Source of the DNA: Desulfomonilia bacterium
Lineage (GTDB): Bacteria; Desulfobacterota; Desulfomonilia; UBA1062
Direction: 5' to 3'
Assembly: GCA_963664325.2 (NCBI GenBank)
Contig: CAXXDQ010000002.1
Coordinates: 224,001 to 288,000, forward strand
Length of the DNA: 64,000 nt
The position numbers and the translations under genes are program-made. The notes under the pieces were generated by a model. The model was not told the DNA's origin. It searched no databases and saw only the letters and a list, made by a program, of their open reading frames with translations. Positions within the stretch are counted from its first letter, which is position 1; each line of letters opens with the position of its first letter. Below are positions 10,078 to 22,430 of this stretch, one piece after another.

Positions 10078-11097
10078 TCAGCCGTTAGAGAGTTTTTTCA
10101 TTGCTTCAAGGGCATCATCCTCACCTATACAGACCAGTATATCACCTGTCTGAAAAACATAGTCAGCCGGTGGATTAAAGATCATATTGCCATCGGGATT
10201 TTTTATTGTGACTACAACAAGACCTATATCTGTTCTGATACGTGAATCTTTGAGTTGTGTACCTATAAGTAATGATCCGGGTTTTATTTTAAACCCTTCC
10301 ATCTGTATGCTAATATCTTTATTCCTTTCTCCAGCCGCCAGATCGAGCAAATCCATTATAGTAGGCTTAAGGATAATATTTGCCATATATTGTCCACCGA
10401 TAAGATAAGGGGATACAACTCTGTCCGCACCGGCCCTTTTCAGGTTTCTGATCGAATCTTCCGTTTCTGCCCTTGCAAGTACAAATATTTTGGGTTTAAG
10501 TTCTTTTGAAATAAGAGTTATATAAACATTGGATACATCTGAAACTGCAGTTGCTATAAGGCCTTTTGCCCTGCTTATTCCGGCCCTTTGTAAAGTCTCT
10601 TCCTGGGTTGCGTCTCCGTGCACAAATGGGATATGCTCTTTTTCAAGGATTTCAAGTGCCTGAGAATCGCTGTCAACTACAACAAATTGTTTCCCGGACT
10701 TGTGAAATTCTTTCCAGACCAGGGAGCCTATCCTTCCGTTGCCGCATATTATATAGTGCCCATCAAGTTTCATGATTTTTCTGTCAAGCCTCCTTTGTCC
10801 AAGCATTTTTTGAAGTTCGCCTTCAATAATAAACCTTGTTGCCGTCATGAATGTATAGGCTGCTACGCCGACACCCAATATTATGACTATTGAATTAAAT
10901 ATTCTTCCGGAAGTTGAAAGAGGATGGATTTCACCATATCCGATCGTCGCGATTGTCGTCAGCGTCATGTAAAAGGAATCAAATAAAGGCCAGCCCTCTA
11001 TCAGATAAAATCCCAGAGTTCCCAAAAATGTAACGGAAAGCAGTAGAACCAAGACAAGTATAATTCTACCTGAAGGACTGATATTTTTTATTGCCAA
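10078..11097 (-). CDS. Potassium channel protein (pore + TrkA-N/TrkA-C RCK domains)
   Basis: Selectivity filter 'TIATIGYGE', NAD-binding 'ICGNGRIG', C-terminal 'IFNPPADYVFQTGD'. Confidence 0.9.
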   Translation of the reverse strand: MAIKNISPSGRIILVLVLLLSVTFLGTLGFYLIEGWPLFDSFYMTLTTIATIGYGEIHPLSTSGRIFNSIVIILGVGVAAYTFMTATRFIIEGELQKMLGQRRLDRKIMKLDGHYIICGNGRIGSLVWKEFHKSGKQFVVVDSDSQALEILEKEHIPFVHGDATQEETLQRAGISRAKGLIATAVSDVSNVYITLISKELKPKIFVLARAETEDSIRNLKRAGADRVVSPYLIGGQYMANIILKPTIMDLLDLAAGERNKDISIQMEGFKIKPGSLLIGTQLKDSRIRTDIGLVVVTIKNPDGNMIFNPPADYVFQTGDILVCIGEDDALEAMKKLSNG

Positions 11098-11915
11098 ATG
11101 TATTCCTTTACTTCGGCTTTAATCGTGGATGTGTTTAATACAGGCTGTCCGTAAAATGCAACTGAATAAGGTATTTCGTTAACTTGCGACAGAACACCAA
11201 GTGTATTGCTTCTGTCCATTAATACCGCATCGATATCAGGCTCCTTTTTTATTAAGAAGTCGTTATCAGTCGGCACTTTACCGGCATATACGGTCTTGGC
11301 AGCAAGTAATCTGTTATCTTTATCATATATCCTTATTTCAACCTGCAAAGCTTTCAGGGGTTTATTTTCATTTTTTCTTACAATCCCCTTTATTATTAGA
11401 ATCTGCCCCTGGTTCTCAAGGTTGAGATACTTGAAAGTGGTATCTGTTTCCTTTATTAAAAAGGGATAAACTGGTCCCTGCCGAGTTGAAGTATCACCGT
11501 TTCTTTCAAAGAACCTCAGTCCTCCGCCCTTGCTATATGAGAGTATTAAAGCGATAATTACAATGATCATTGCAAATAAGCCTGTCAGAGTATTTCTTAT
11601 ACTCCGTGGTCTGGTTTTCTTAGTAATTTCGGGCTGTTCAACAGCTGTTTCGTGGACAACCGGAGACCTGTCCTCAGAGAAGCTCAGGCCTGTGTCAATC
11701 GGGAGAGATTCATAAGAAATACCCTGTATCCTATCCTTGTTCGAGGTGCTTTCTGTCTCGTGTACGCCTGTTTCAGATTCAACTGCATCGGGTGCTTTCT
11801 GCTCGGGCATGAAGATGTGGGAACACACACTGCATCTCATTTTGATTCCCTGTCTTTGCAGGAGGGTATCATCAATCTTGAATTTACTTGAACAGTTCGG
11901 GCAAGTTATAATCAT
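11088..11915 (-). CDS. MJ0042-type zinc-ribbon / DUF3426-like membrane protein
   Basis: N-terminal 'ITCPNCSSKF...MRCSVCSHIF', linker, one transmembrane helix, then a beta-rich domain. Confidence 0.8.
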   Translation of the reverse strand: MIITCPNCSSKFKIDDTLLQRQGIKMRCSVCSHIFMPEQKAPDAVESETGVHETESTSNKDRIQGISYESLPIDTGLSFSEDRSPVVHETAVEQPEITKKTRPRSIRNTLTGLFAMIIVIIALILSYSKGGGLRFFERNGDTSTRQGPVYPFLIKETDTTFKYLNLENQGQILIIKGIVRKNENKPLKALQVEIRIYDKDNRLLAAKTVYAGKVPTDNDFLIKKEPDIDAVLMDRSNTLGVLSQVNEIPYSVAFYGQPVLNTSTIKAEVKEYIWQ

Positions 11916-11916
11916 T

Positions 11917-12444
11917 TCATCCCTGTTTTATTTCCTTTTCGCTGAGGACGTAAATCTGGGGCAGCCCTCTATATTTTTCGGCGTAATCCAACCCGTATCC
12001 TACTACAAAACCGTCATCTATCTTGAATCCCCAATAATCAGGGCTGATATTGACTTCACGTCTGCATGATTTATCAAGGAGCGTACAAAGCTTTACAGAA
12101 CTGGGATTCTTGAAAACAAGCAATTCTTTGAAAGCAAAAAGCGTGTTTCCCGTATCCAATATATCATCTATAACAAGAACGTCTTTTCCTTCTATATCAA
12201 TTATTTGATCAAATGTGATTAAAGGCTTGGAATTCGGCATGTCCTTATTGCCGTAAGTTGATATCCTTATGAAATCGATTTGGAACGGGACGTTTATATT
12301 TCTTACAAGATCTGAAGCGAACATGAAAGAACCTTTAAGTATGACCAGTATGAATAAGTCTTTTGACTTATATTCTTTACTTATCTGCAAGCCGAGATTC
12401 TCGACTTTTTCAGCTATCTCACTGGCACTGAAAAGTAATTCCAT
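11917..12444 (-). CDS. hpt: Hypoxanthine phosphoribosyltransferase
   Basis: 'ILKGSFMFASDL', PRPP motif 'VLVIDDILDTGNT', 'FVVGYGLDYAEKYR.LP'. Confidence 0.95.
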   Translation of the reverse strand: MELLFSASEIAEKVENLGLQISKEYKSKDLFILVILKGSFMFASDLVRNINVPFQIDFIRISTYGNKDMPNSKPLITFDQIIDIEGKDVLVIDDILDTGNTLFAFKELLVFKNPSSVKLCTLLDKSCRREVNISPDYWGFKIDDGFVVGYGLDYAEKYRGLPQIYVLSEKEIKQG

Positions 12445-12528
12445 GTCCGTTTTATATAGTATGGTCAGGGATGTGTCAATGTAGTGATATCAAGCATTTG
12501 GTGCGTATTTTTTTAAATCGGAATCATA

Positions 12529-14001
12529 TTAATCGAGGCTGTCCAGGTAATAACGATAACCTGCCATATAAGACAGAATGCTCGCGGCTTCCTCGGGTGT
12601 TGTCAGGCACATTGCAGGACCATATGAGGTGTGCTGAAGCGTTTGGACTCCTTCGCCAAGTGATACTGCAATAATGGGCTTCCCTGTTTGTTTCTGTAAC
12701 CGTGCCATTTCAGAGATAAACTTGTTTTCAATCCGTATTTGATCTTTGATTACTGAAAGCTTGAGTTCCTTGCTTAATAAACGACCGAGGACCTTCTCTT
12801 GAGATTCAATAAAATCTTCAACGATTTTTAAGGTGCCGACAACTCCTAGGGCGATTAAAGAATCGATCATATCCCAATTCGCCAGGAGTTCGAGTGTTCT
12901 TAAGTGCAGTTCGGGCTTATTTTCCCCTACAAGGTCGATTGGATTTGACTTGTTCCAGTACGAGGGGACGTGCTTGTTCAGCTCCTTGATGATATCTTCC
13001 GACAATGCAGGAAGGACAAGACCTTGACTTTCACATTCATCGGCAGTGACTACACCCCAGCCGCCGCCAAGACTCATTATTCCTACTCTGTTGGATTTAG
13101 GAATAGGAAGGTTCGTCATTGCACCCGCCACATTAAGCAATTCCGTGGGATTTTTAACCTGGATTATACCAGTTTGTTTAAACATGGCAGAGTATGTCTC
13201 AAATGATCCAGCCATTGCCCCGGAATGTGATTGAGCAGCCTTTGATCCTGTCTTGGATCTTCCTGTTTTAAGTGCCACAACAGGTTTTTTTCTTGTTACT
13301 TTCCTGGCTATATCCATGAATCGTCTGCCGTTCTCGACACCCTCAAGATACATGGCTATACCGTTTACTTCATCCCTTTCTCCGAAATATTCCATAAGGA
13401 TGTCAGCCTTAAGAATTGCCTCATTCCCGGTGCCTGCGTAGAAACAGACGCCCATTCCCCTGTTGATTGTCCACTGGATAATCTGTACTCCGATGTTGCC
13501 GCTCTGGGAGATGACTCCAAGGCTTCCTTTACCGGGAAATACGGGAACTCCGATTGCAGTCAAACCTGCATGTGTTGATATTGTTCCCATTGTGTTAGGT
13601 CCTAAAAAAATCAGGCCCGAGTCCTTGGCAATTTCATCTATTTCATTTTCAAGCTTCAGTCCCTCTATGCCAGTCTCCCTAAAACCTGAAGATATTATCA
13701 CAGCTGAAGCCGTACCCTTTTTTATGCAATCCTTTAATGCATTAGCAACATGCACAGCAGGAATTGTAATTATTGCCAGGTCAACTTTGCCGGGAATCGA
13801 CTCGAGATCAGGATAAGTTTTCAGATCAAGGATTACATCCTTTTTTGTATTGACTGGGTATATTTTTCCCTTGAATCCTCCACTCAGAATAGCGGTTGTA
13901 ATCATGAACCCCCATTTTCCCGGAATATCAGAGGCTCCTATGATTGCAACTGATTCCGGGAAAAACATTGCATCAAGCTTATTTCTGAGGTCTTTATTCA
14001 T
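12529..14001 (-). CDS. Acyl/acetate-CoA ligase (ADP-forming) alpha-type subunit (CoA-binding + ligase domains)
   Basis: 'VAIIGAS..PGKWG', 'GPNTMG', 'ISQSG', phospho-His motif 'AAQSHSGAMAG', 'NPIDL'. No ATP-grasp domain. Confidence 0.85.
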   Translation of the reverse strand: MNKDLRNKLDAMFFPESVAIIGASDIPGKWGFMITTAILSGGFKGKIYPVNTKKDVILDLKTYPDLESIPGKVDLAIITIPAVHVANALKDCIKKGTASAVIISSGFRETGIEGLKLENEIDEIAKDSGLIFLGPNTMGTISTHAGLTAIGVPVFPGKGSLGVISQSGNIGVQIIQWTINRGMGVCFYAGTGNEAILKADILMEYFGERDEVNGIAMYLEGVENGRRFMDIARKVTRKKPVVALKTGRSKTGSKAAQSHSGAMAGSFETYSAMFKQTGIIQVKNPTELLNVAGAMTNLPIPKSNRVGIMSLGGGWGVVTADECESQGLVLPALSEDIIKELNKHVPSYWNKSNPIDLVGENKPELHLRTLELLANWDMIDSLIALGVVGTLKIVEDFIESQEKVLGRLLSKELKLSVIKDQIRIENKFISEMARLQKQTGKPIIAVSLGEGVQTLQHTSYGPAMCLTTPEEAASILSYMAGYRYYLDSLD

Positions 14002-14070
14002 AATTTTATCTCCTTTACCGTAAAATCAGCTATTTTGGGAATCCTTAAAAATAATTTAATAATAATACTA

Positions 14071-14098
14071 TTGCCCATTTAATATAAATCTTTATAAT
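14071..14098 (+). promoter_or_regulatory. Putative sigma70 promoter in AT-rich divergent region
   Basis: TTGCCC (14071-76) and TATAAT (14093-98), 16-nt spacer. AATATAAAT repeated three times at about 14081-14115. Confidence 0.4.
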
Positions 14099-14144
14099 AT
14101 AAATTAAATATAAATTTTTTTTTAAACAGCGGGGGAGGGGCATC

Positions 14145-14468
14145 ATGGAAGAAAAAAGATTACATGAAAGAATTCAAGTAGACCTAATGGCTCAATTTAA
14201 CGAAGACACACCTGAAACATATATTGGTCGTGTCACAAATCTTAGTATGGGTGGTATGTTCCTTAAGGTATCAAATCTGAGCGAATCCGGTACTCGTGTG
14301 TTTATCGATATTGATGCAGAAAGTATAGGCAAGGTTGTCTGGACTCAAGGTCATGTTGTCAGGACGACACCGTTTGGAATGGCTATCGAATTCGACCGTG
14401 CCGATACAAAAGGATTAGAGTCTCTTTTGACTGCTGAAAAAGCAATAACAAGCAGAAAGAAAACATAA
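14145..14468 (+). CDS. PilZ-domain protein (c-di-GMP receptor)
   Basis: RxxxR ('RLHER') and (D/N)xSxxG ('NLSMGG') motifs. GGAGG RBS. Confidence 0.85.
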   Translation: MEEKRLHERIQVDLMAQFNEDTPETYIGRVTNLSMGGMFLKVSNLSESGTRVFIDIDAESIGKVVWTQGHVVRTTPFGMAIEFDRADTKGLESLLTAEKAITSRKKT

Positions 14469-14670
14469 TCTTTTTAGAACCGGCATCACCCTGTCAGAAA
14501 AGAGTAGGTATACTATGATGGGGTGAAGAATTACCAATCATGTAAGATATTATTAAAAAAGCTGATTTACCCTTTTCATGGTTTGATAATCTCTCAGGTA
14601 ACCTTGTTGACATAAGGCTAATACATGGTTTATTTCTAATAATACATCTTAAATAAAGGAAGTGAGGAAG

Positions 14671-14892
14671 ATGGAAGAAAAAGATTTGCAGCTTATAAAC
14701 AAAATTATACTGAAAAATCCTGAGCTTAAAAAACTCTGGGAAGAGCATCTCGATTACAAGGCAAAACTTGATGAGTACAACAGGAAAAAATACCTTAGTG
14801 CGGAAGATGAACTCAAACGCAGAGAAATACAAAAACTAAAACTTGCCGGTAAGGACCGCATTGAAGATATTCTTAGGATGAACAGAGATTAA
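14671..14892 (+). CDS. DUF465 / YdcH family small coiled-coil protein
   Basis: 'LWEEH...L...EDELKR.EIQKLKLAGKDRI'. Lies upstream of ilvB. Confidence 0.8.
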   Translation: MEEKDLQLINKIILKNPELKKLWEEHLDYKAKLDEYNRKKYLSAEDELKRREIQKLKLAGKDRIEDILRMNRD

Positions 14893-14925
14893 AGATTATC
14901 TTTTCTTGACAATTAAGAGGAATGC

Positions 14926-16626
14926 ATGACCAAAATTAAGGGCGCATCAGCGCTCATCGAGTCCCTCCGATGCGAGGGTGTAAAGCATTTATTCGGTTAT
15001 CCGGGCGGAGCCGTTCTGGATATTTTTGACATGCTTTATGATTCAAAGGACATTGAGTTCATACTGGTAAGGCATGAACAGGGTGCCGTTCATGCTGCAG
15101 ACGGTTATGCAAGGGCGAGCGGAAATGTAGGAGTCTGCCTGGTCACTTCGGGTCCGGGAGCAACAAATACAGTAACAGGTCTTGCAACGGCATATATGGA
15201 CTCCATCCCCGTAGTCGTATTTTCAGGGCAGGTGTCAACGCACCTGATTGGCAACGATGCATTTCAGGAAGCAGATACTGTAGGCATTACAAGGTCATGC
15301 ACAAAACATAATTTTTTAGTTAAAGATGTGAACGAGCTCCCTAAAATAATCAAGGAAGCGTTTTATATCGCACGGACAGGCAGGCCTGGGCCTGTTTTGA
15401 TTGACCTCCCAAAAGACGTAATGAATGCACAGGCTTTATTCAAATACCCGGAAGAAGTTCACCTAAGGGGTTATTCACCGACTTACAAGGGACATCCGGG
15501 TCAGATAAAAAGGATTGTTGATACCATACTCAAAAGCAAAAGACCTGTGATTTATGCCGGGGGTGGGATCATCCTTTCGAATGCCGCAGATGAATTGAGA
15601 GAGTTTGCCCGTACAACACATATACCGGTGGCGTTGACCCTTATGGGTCTTGGAGCATACCCTGCAGACGAGAGGGGATTCCTCGGGATGCTTGGCATGC
15701 ACGGTACATATTATGCCAATATGGCTGTACATGAATCAGACTGTCTTGTCTCAATTGGTGCACGGTTTGATGACCGTGTAACCGGAAAGATTGATGAATT
15801 TTCACCGAAAGCGAAGATAATACATATAGACATCGACCCCACTTCCATAAGTAAGAATGTAAAAGTGGACCTGCCAGTAGTGGGAGACTGCAGGAGTGTA
15901 CTCTCAGACATGCTTGCACTGCTTGAAATCAGGTCAAAAGACCTTGGTGAGCTTAACCGTGAAATCGAGCCTTGGAACAAGGAGATTGATCACTGGAAAG
16001 AACATATGCCCCTTAAATACGATTCTTCTGATCAGCTAATCAAACCCCAATATGTTATTGAAACCATAGACAGGATTACCCCGGAAGATACTATAATCAC
16101 AACAGAAGTCGGACAAAACCAGATGTGGACAGCACAGTTTTACAGGTTCAACAAACCGAGGCTGTTCCTTACCTCCGGAGGATTGGGGACAATGGGATAC
16201 GGTTTTCCTGCGGCAATAGGCGCCCAGGCTGCATTTCCTGATAGAACGGTTATCGATATAGCAGGAGACGGATCGATACAGATGAATATTCAGGAGCTTG
16301 CAACAGCCGTACAATATAAACTCAATGTGAAGGTCATGATACTCAATAACTCCAACCTCGGTATGGTCAGACAATGGCAATGCCTTTTCTATAGAAAAAG
16401 ATATTCTTATACTGCCATGAATTTTTCCCCTGATTTTGTAAAGCTGGCCCAAGCTTACGGAGCGAATGGATTTCTGGTAGATAAACCGGCGGATGTTGAA
16501 GATGCCATAAAAGAGGCATTAGAAATTAATGGTCCGGTATTTGTTGACTTCAGGGTTGACCCGGATGAACATGTCTATCCAATGGTGCCTTCAGGTGCGC
16601 CTATTAAGAACATGTTGCTGGTATGA
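14926..16626 (+). CDS. ilvB: Acetolactate synthase large subunit
   Basis: 'FGYPGGAVL', '[14 protein letters not shown]', ThDP motif '[12 protein letters not shown]...LNN', 'GMVRQWQ'. Confidence 0.97.
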   Translation: MTKIKGASALIESLRCEGVKHLFGYPGGAVLDIFDMLYDSKDIEFILVRHEQGAVHAADGYARASGNVGVCLVTSGPGATNTVTGLATAYMDSIPVVVFSGQVSTHLIGNDAFQEADTVGITRSCTKHNFLVKDVNELPKIIKEAFYIARTGRPGPVLIDLPKDVMNAQALFKYPEEVHLRGYSPTYKGHPGQIKRIVDTILKSKRPVIYAGGGIILSNAADELREFARTTHIPVALTLMGLGAYPADERGFLGMLGMHGTYYANMAVHESDCLVSIGARFDDRVTGKIDEFSPKAKIIHIDIDPTSISKNVKVDLPVVGDCRSVLSDMLALLEIRSKDLGELNREIEPWNKEIDHWKEHMPLKYDSSDQLIKPQYVIETIDRITPEDTIITTEVGQNQMWTAQFYRFNKPRLFLTSGGLGTMGYGFPAAIGAQAAFPDRTVIDIAGDGSIQMNIQELATAVQYKLNVKVMILNNSNLGMVRQWQCLFYRKRYSYTAMNFSPDFVKLAQAYGANGFLVDKPADVEDAIKEALEINGPVFVDFRVDPDEHVYPMVPSGAPIKNMLLV

Positions 16627-16651
16627 GGAAGGAGTAAGAGGATAGGATTGT

Positions 16652-18165
<1,514 letters not shown>

Positions 18166-18167
18166 CT

Positions 18168-18995
18168 ATGAGGAGAAGAAGATTCAGAAGATTGAATAAT
18201 GAAGAGTTAAAGAGGAAGATCCCTTTATTGCCAAATTTTGTTACAACAATAGGGCTCTTTTTCGGATTTTTTTCCATCATGTTTTCACTCAAAGGGAATT
18301 TTTACAATGCCGCGATCATGATAATCCTGGCAGGTTTTATTGATGGAATTGATGGAAGAATTGCACGTGCAACCAATTCAACTTCAGCCTTCGGGAAAGA
18401 ATATGATTCCCTCTGTGACGTGATATGTTTTGGTGCAGCCCCTGCACTGATGGTCTATCTCTGGGAACTGTCAGGGTTCGGCAGGATGGGATTCCTTGCA
18501 AGTTTTGTCTACGTTGCTTGCGGGGCACTGAGACTTGCACGCTTCAACACGGACACTACAGGCGACGGGACAAAATTTACGGGCCTTCCGATCCCGGTTG
18601 CGGCCGTAACTCTCGCCAGCATACTTCTTATTTATGGAACGATGAGCGAATATCAGAATATTCCATACGCGGTCTCATTTATTGAATCAATCAAAGGTGT
18701 TCCGATTCTTGCAGGCGTGTTCTTCCTGGCATTTCTTATGGTCAGCACCATAAAGTACCCGAGCTTTAAACATGTAACTTATATAAAAGCGCATCCGTTC
18801 CAGCTCCTGGTTGCAGGGGTGCTGCTGCTAATGGTAATAGCTTATCAGCCTGAAATAATGGCTTTTCTCCTTGCCATGACCTTCGTAATCGGCGGGATAA
18901 TCCTCAATATTATCCAATATCTTTTTCACAGAAGCAGGAAGGTTGCGAGCGAGGAAATGAATGAAACCATCCCGAGAGAGAATCATAATATTTGA
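18168..18995 (+). CDS. pssA: CDP-diacylglycerol--serine O-phosphatidyltransferase
   Basis: CDP-alcohol phosphatidyltransferase motif 'DGIDGRIAR...S.FG.EYDSLCD', 'LRLARFN', 'F.GLPIP'. Confidence 0.93.
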   Translation: MRRRRFRRLNNEELKRKIPLLPNFVTTIGLFFGFFSIMFSLKGNFYNAAIMIILAGFIDGIDGRIARATNSTSAFGKEYDSLCDVICFGAAPALMVYLWELSGFGRMGFLASFVYVACGALRLARFNTDTTGDGTKFTGLPIPVAAVTLASILLIYGTMSEYQNIPYAVSFIESIKGVPILAGVFFLAFLMVSTIKYPSFKHVTYIKAHPFQLLVAGVLLLMVIAYQPEIMAFLLAMTFVIGGIILNIIQYLFHRSRKVASEEMNETIPRENHNI

Positions 18996-20493
18996 TACAA
19001 CACTGAGAGACGGGGAACAGTCCCCGGGTGCCACAATGGATGTGCATGAAAAGGTAATTGTGGCAAAGCAGCTTGAACTGCTCGGTGTCGATAAGATTGA
19101 AGCCGGGTTTCCCATAACCTCGCCGGGGGATTTTGACGCCGTGCAAGCAGTTGCATCTGAATTGGTAAAACCGCAGATAATAGGTCTTTGCCGTGCCAGA
19201 GAACAGGATATATTGACTGCATGGGAAGCCGTCAAGGAAGCGAAAAATCCAGGGCTCCATACATTTATTGCAACTTCGGACATCCACCTCAAACACAAAC
19301 TCCGTATGGAGCGCGATGAGGTTTTAAGGCATGTCCAATATGCAGTTGGTTTCTGCAGATCCATTTCTTCAAACATAGAGTTTTCTGCGGAGGATGCAAC
19401 CCGTTCGGATTGGGATTTCCTGGCTGAAGTTTTTACAGCTGCTATTGAGGCCGGTGCAGATACTTTGAATGTACCGGACACCGTAGGTTATACTACTCCG
19501 AAGGAATTTTCTGATCTTATAAGACATCTTAAAAGTAAGGTTAAGGGAATTGATAAGGCGACCCTGTCCGTACACTGCCACAACGATCTGGGGCTTGCCA
19601 CAGCAAATTCGATATCTGCAGTTCTGGCGGGTGCCCGTCAAATAGAATGTACAGTCAATGGAATTGGCGAGCGGGCAGGAAATACATCACTTGAAGAAGC
19701 CGTGATGATTATGAATGTCCGCAAAGATCTTTACCATCTGGAAAATGGAGTAGATACCTCTCAGATTTACCCGGCCAGCCGTCTTGTATCGCATATAACG
19801 GGTATTCCTGTTCAGCCGAACAAGGCGATTGTAGGTGCAAACGCCTTTGCTCATGAATCTGGCATTCATCAGGACGGCTTTCTGAAGGAGCGTCTAACAT
19901 ATGAAATAATGACCCCTGAAGCGGTCGGCATAGGAAAATCTCAACTGGTGCTGGGAAAACATTCCGGCAAGCATGCGCTGGACAACCGTCTGAAGGGAAT
20001 GGGTTACAATCTTAACGAAGATGAGCTGAAAAAAGTTTTCAACCGCTTCAAGGAGATTTCTGATAAGAAAAAGAAGGTTTACGATGCCGATATTGAGGCG
20101 ATAGTCATTGAAGAAATCTATAGAATTCCTGACAGGTATGAACTGAAAAACATAAACGTCAGTTCAGGAACGGTAACCATACCGACCGCAACTGTACAGC
20201 TCTGCATTGATGGTGAGATTTCTCTTGATGCAGGTTTCGGAAACGGCCCGGTCGATGCACTGTTCAAGACAATTATAAAAATGACCGGAAACAATGCTGA
20301 ACTCCAGAGATTCAGCGTAAGTTCCATAACCGGCGGGACAGACGCACAGGGTGAAGTCGCGGTCGAACTGAGAGATCGCGATCTGGTATCGGTGGGACAT
20401 GGCTCTGACCCTGATATCCTTGTCGCGTCTGCAAGGGCGCTTGTTAATGCGATGAATAAAATGGAGTTCATAAAAAAACGAAAGCCCATATAA
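18961..20493 (+). CDS. leuA: 2-isopropylmalate synthase
   Basis: 'IFDTTLRDGEQSPG', 'HCHNDLGLA', 'GIGERAGN', 'AHESGIHQDG', regulatory 'GNGPVDA'. Confidence 0.96.
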   Translation: MKPSRERIIIFDTTLRDGEQSPGATMDVHEKVIVAKQLELLGVDKIEAGFPITSPGDFDAVQAVASELVKPQIIGLCRAREQDILTAWEAVKEAKNPGLHTFIATSDIHLKHKLRMERDEVLRHVQYAVGFCRSISSNIEFSAEDATRSDWDFLAEVFTAAIEAGADTLNVPDTVGYTTPKEFSDLIRHLKSKVKGIDKATLSVHCHNDLGLATANSISAVLAGARQIECTVNGIGERAGNTSLEEAVMIMNVRKDLYHLENGVDTSQIYPASRLVSHITGIPVQPNKAIVGANAFAHESGIHQDGFLKERLTYEIMTPEAVGIGKSQLVLGKHSGKHALDNRLKGMGYNLNEDELKKVFNRFKEISDKKKKVYDADIEAIVIEEIYRIPDRYELKNINVSSGTVTIPTATVQLCIDGEISLDAGFGNGPVDALFKTIIKMTGNNAELQRFSVSSITGGTDAQGEVAVELRDRDLVSVGHGSDPDILVASARALVNAMNKMEFIKKRKPI

Positions 20494-20515
20494 ACTGGCA
20501 AGGGAGTATCCTCAA

Positions 20516-21778
20516 TTGGGATCTACAATTACCGAAAAGATATTATCCTCACATATTGAAGGCAAAAAGGTTAAGCCCGGTGAGTTCGTACGCCTTCATA
20601 TAGATGTCGCACTTGCGAATGATATTACCGCCCCGATAGCCATTAAAGAGTTTGAAAATTCCGGTGCATCAAATCTTTATGAACCGGACAGGGTCGTATT
20701 TGTGCTTGATCATTTTACTCCAAATAAGGACATAGACTCTGCCAGCCAGTGTAGATTTGTCAGGAAATTTGCAGGAAAACATGGAATAAAAAATTTATTC
20801 GATGGCGGAAACTGCGGTGTGGAACATGCACTTCTCCCTGAAAAAGGCCTTGTACTGCCGGGTGATGTAATTATTGGTGCGGACAGCCATACCTGCACAT
20901 ATGGAGGATTGGGGGCATTTGCCACAGGGGTGGGCAGTACTGACCTGGCCGCAGCGATGATAACAGGACAGGCATGGTTTATGGTGCCCGAGACCATGAA
21001 ATTTGTTTTCAATGGCTCACTCCTGCCCTGGGTCGGGGGCAAAGACCTCATCTTGTATCTTATCGGCAAGATAGGCGTGGACGGTGCGCTCTACAAGACA
21101 ATGGAAATCTCCGGCAAGGCAATAGAAACGCTAGATCTCAGCGGGAGGCTTACAATTGCCAACATGGCCATTGAGGCGGGTGCAAAGGCGGGGATAATTG
21201 AGGCTGATGATAAAACAGTTGATTACATTAACAAACGGGCAACAAGGTCATACACAATATATAAAAGTGATGAAGATGCAAATTTTGAATCTGTGCACGA
21301 ATACGATTGTGCCAATATCGAACCGCAGGTTGCTTTCCCACATTTGCCAGAAAAGGCAAGGGGAATAAGCGAAGTCGGTGAGATCAGAATAGATCAGGTG
21401 ATAATCGGCTCATGCACAAACGGCAGGATTGAAGATCTCAGGGTTGCTGCAGATATTATGAAGGGGAAGCGTATCAATAAAGATGTTCGATGCATTATCC
21501 TTCCGGCAACACCGGAAGTCTATCTGAAGGCTGAAGATGAAGGGCTGCTCAGAATATTCCTTGAAGCGGGAGCCGTTCTTGGACCGCCGACCTGCGGCCC
21601 ATGCCTGGGCGGGCATATGGGCATTCTTGCTGAAGGAGAAAAGGCTGTATCCACTACCAACCGCAACTTTGTTGGCAGGATGGGGCACAGGACTAGCGAG
21701 GTTTATCTTGCCGGGCCTGCAATAGCTGCCGCATCATCGATTACCGGGAAAATATCGTCACCAGAGGAAGTGAAGTGA
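20516..21778 (+). CDS. leuC: 3-isopropylmalate dehydratase large subunit (short LeuC/homoaconitase type)
   Basis: 'GADSHTCTYG', 'IGSCTNGR', 'CGPCLG', 'STTNRNF.GRMG'. TTG start after AGGGAG. Confidence 0.93.
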   Translation: MGSTITEKILSSHIEGKKVKPGEFVRLHIDVALANDITAPIAIKEFENSGASNLYEPDRVVFVLDHFTPNKDIDSASQCRFVRKFAGKHGIKNLFDGGNCGVEHALLPEKGLVLPGDVIIGADSHTCTYGGLGAFATGVGSTDLAAAMITGQAWFMVPETMKFVFNGSLLPWVGGKDLILYLIGKIGVDGALYKTMEISGKAIETLDLSGRLTIANMAIEAGAKAGIIEADDKTVDYINKRATRSYTIYKSDEDANFESVHEYDCANIEPQVAFPHLPEKARGISEVGEIRIDQVIIGSCTNGRIEDLRVAADIMKGKRINKDVRCIILPATPEVYLKAEDEGLLRIFLEAGAVLGPPTCGPCLGGHMGILAEGEKAVSTTNRNFVGRMGHRTSEVYLAGPAIAAASSITGKISSPEEVK

Positions 21779-22278
21779 TGATCCAGGAAATGAAAGGAAG
21801 AGCATTTGTCTTTGGAAACGACATTGATACAGATGCAATTATACCAGCCAGATACCTGAACACCTCTGATCCGGAAATACTGAAAAAACATGTTATGGAA
21901 GATGCTGATTCCGAATTTGCCTCAAAAATAGGTCATGGTGATATAATTGTTGCCGGAAAAAATTTCGGCTGCGGATCCTCTCGTGAACATGCGCCTATTG
22001 CAATAAAAGCTTCAGGCATCAGTTGCGTCATAGCGGAAAGTTTTGCCCGTATTTTCTTTCGTAACAGCTTCAACATAGGGCTTCCCATATTAATATCTGT
22101 TGAGGCTTCCAGAGATATTAGGCAGGGCGATCTTCTGGAAGTTAATGCGGATGAGGGAGTTATCAGAAATATTTCTACAGGGAAAAAGTACAGTTCCAAC
22201 CGGTTGCCTGATTTTATCACAGAACTCGTAGCAGATGGCGGGCTGATTGAACATATTAAAAAGCGCGGCAGTATCTGA
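21775..22278 (+). CDS. leuD: 3-isopropylmalate dehydratase small subunit
   Basis: 'DIDTDAIIPARYL', 'NFGCGSSREHAP', 'SFARIFFRN'. Confidence 0.95.
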   Translation: MMIQEMKGRAFVFGNDIDTDAIIPARYLNTSDPEILKKHVMEDADSEFASKIGHGDIIVAGKNFGCGSSREHAPIAIKASGISCVIAESFARIFFRNSFNIGLPILISVEASRDIRQGDLLEVNADEGVIRNISTGKKYSSNRLPDFITELVADGGLIEHIKKRGSI

Positions 22279-22382
22279 TTAATATGAAATAATTAGAAAT
22301 ATAAATAACCAGTATATTTTATCAAGAACAGCTATTCAAGATGTTTACGGAATAATAAGTTCGGATACATTATCCCGGGAAT

Positions 22383-22416
22383 AAAAAAATCCCCCCGGCA
22401 GAGACCAGGGGGATTT
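22383..22416 (-). terminator. Intrinsic terminator for pal and the Ala/Pro-rich lipoprotein gene
   Basis: Imperfect GC-rich hairpin AAATCCCCC...GGGGGATTT. The A-run at 22383-22389 reads as a U-tract on the minus strand, just past the stop at 22431. Confidence 0.8.
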
Positions 22417-22430
22417 GCGTGAATGCCCTC

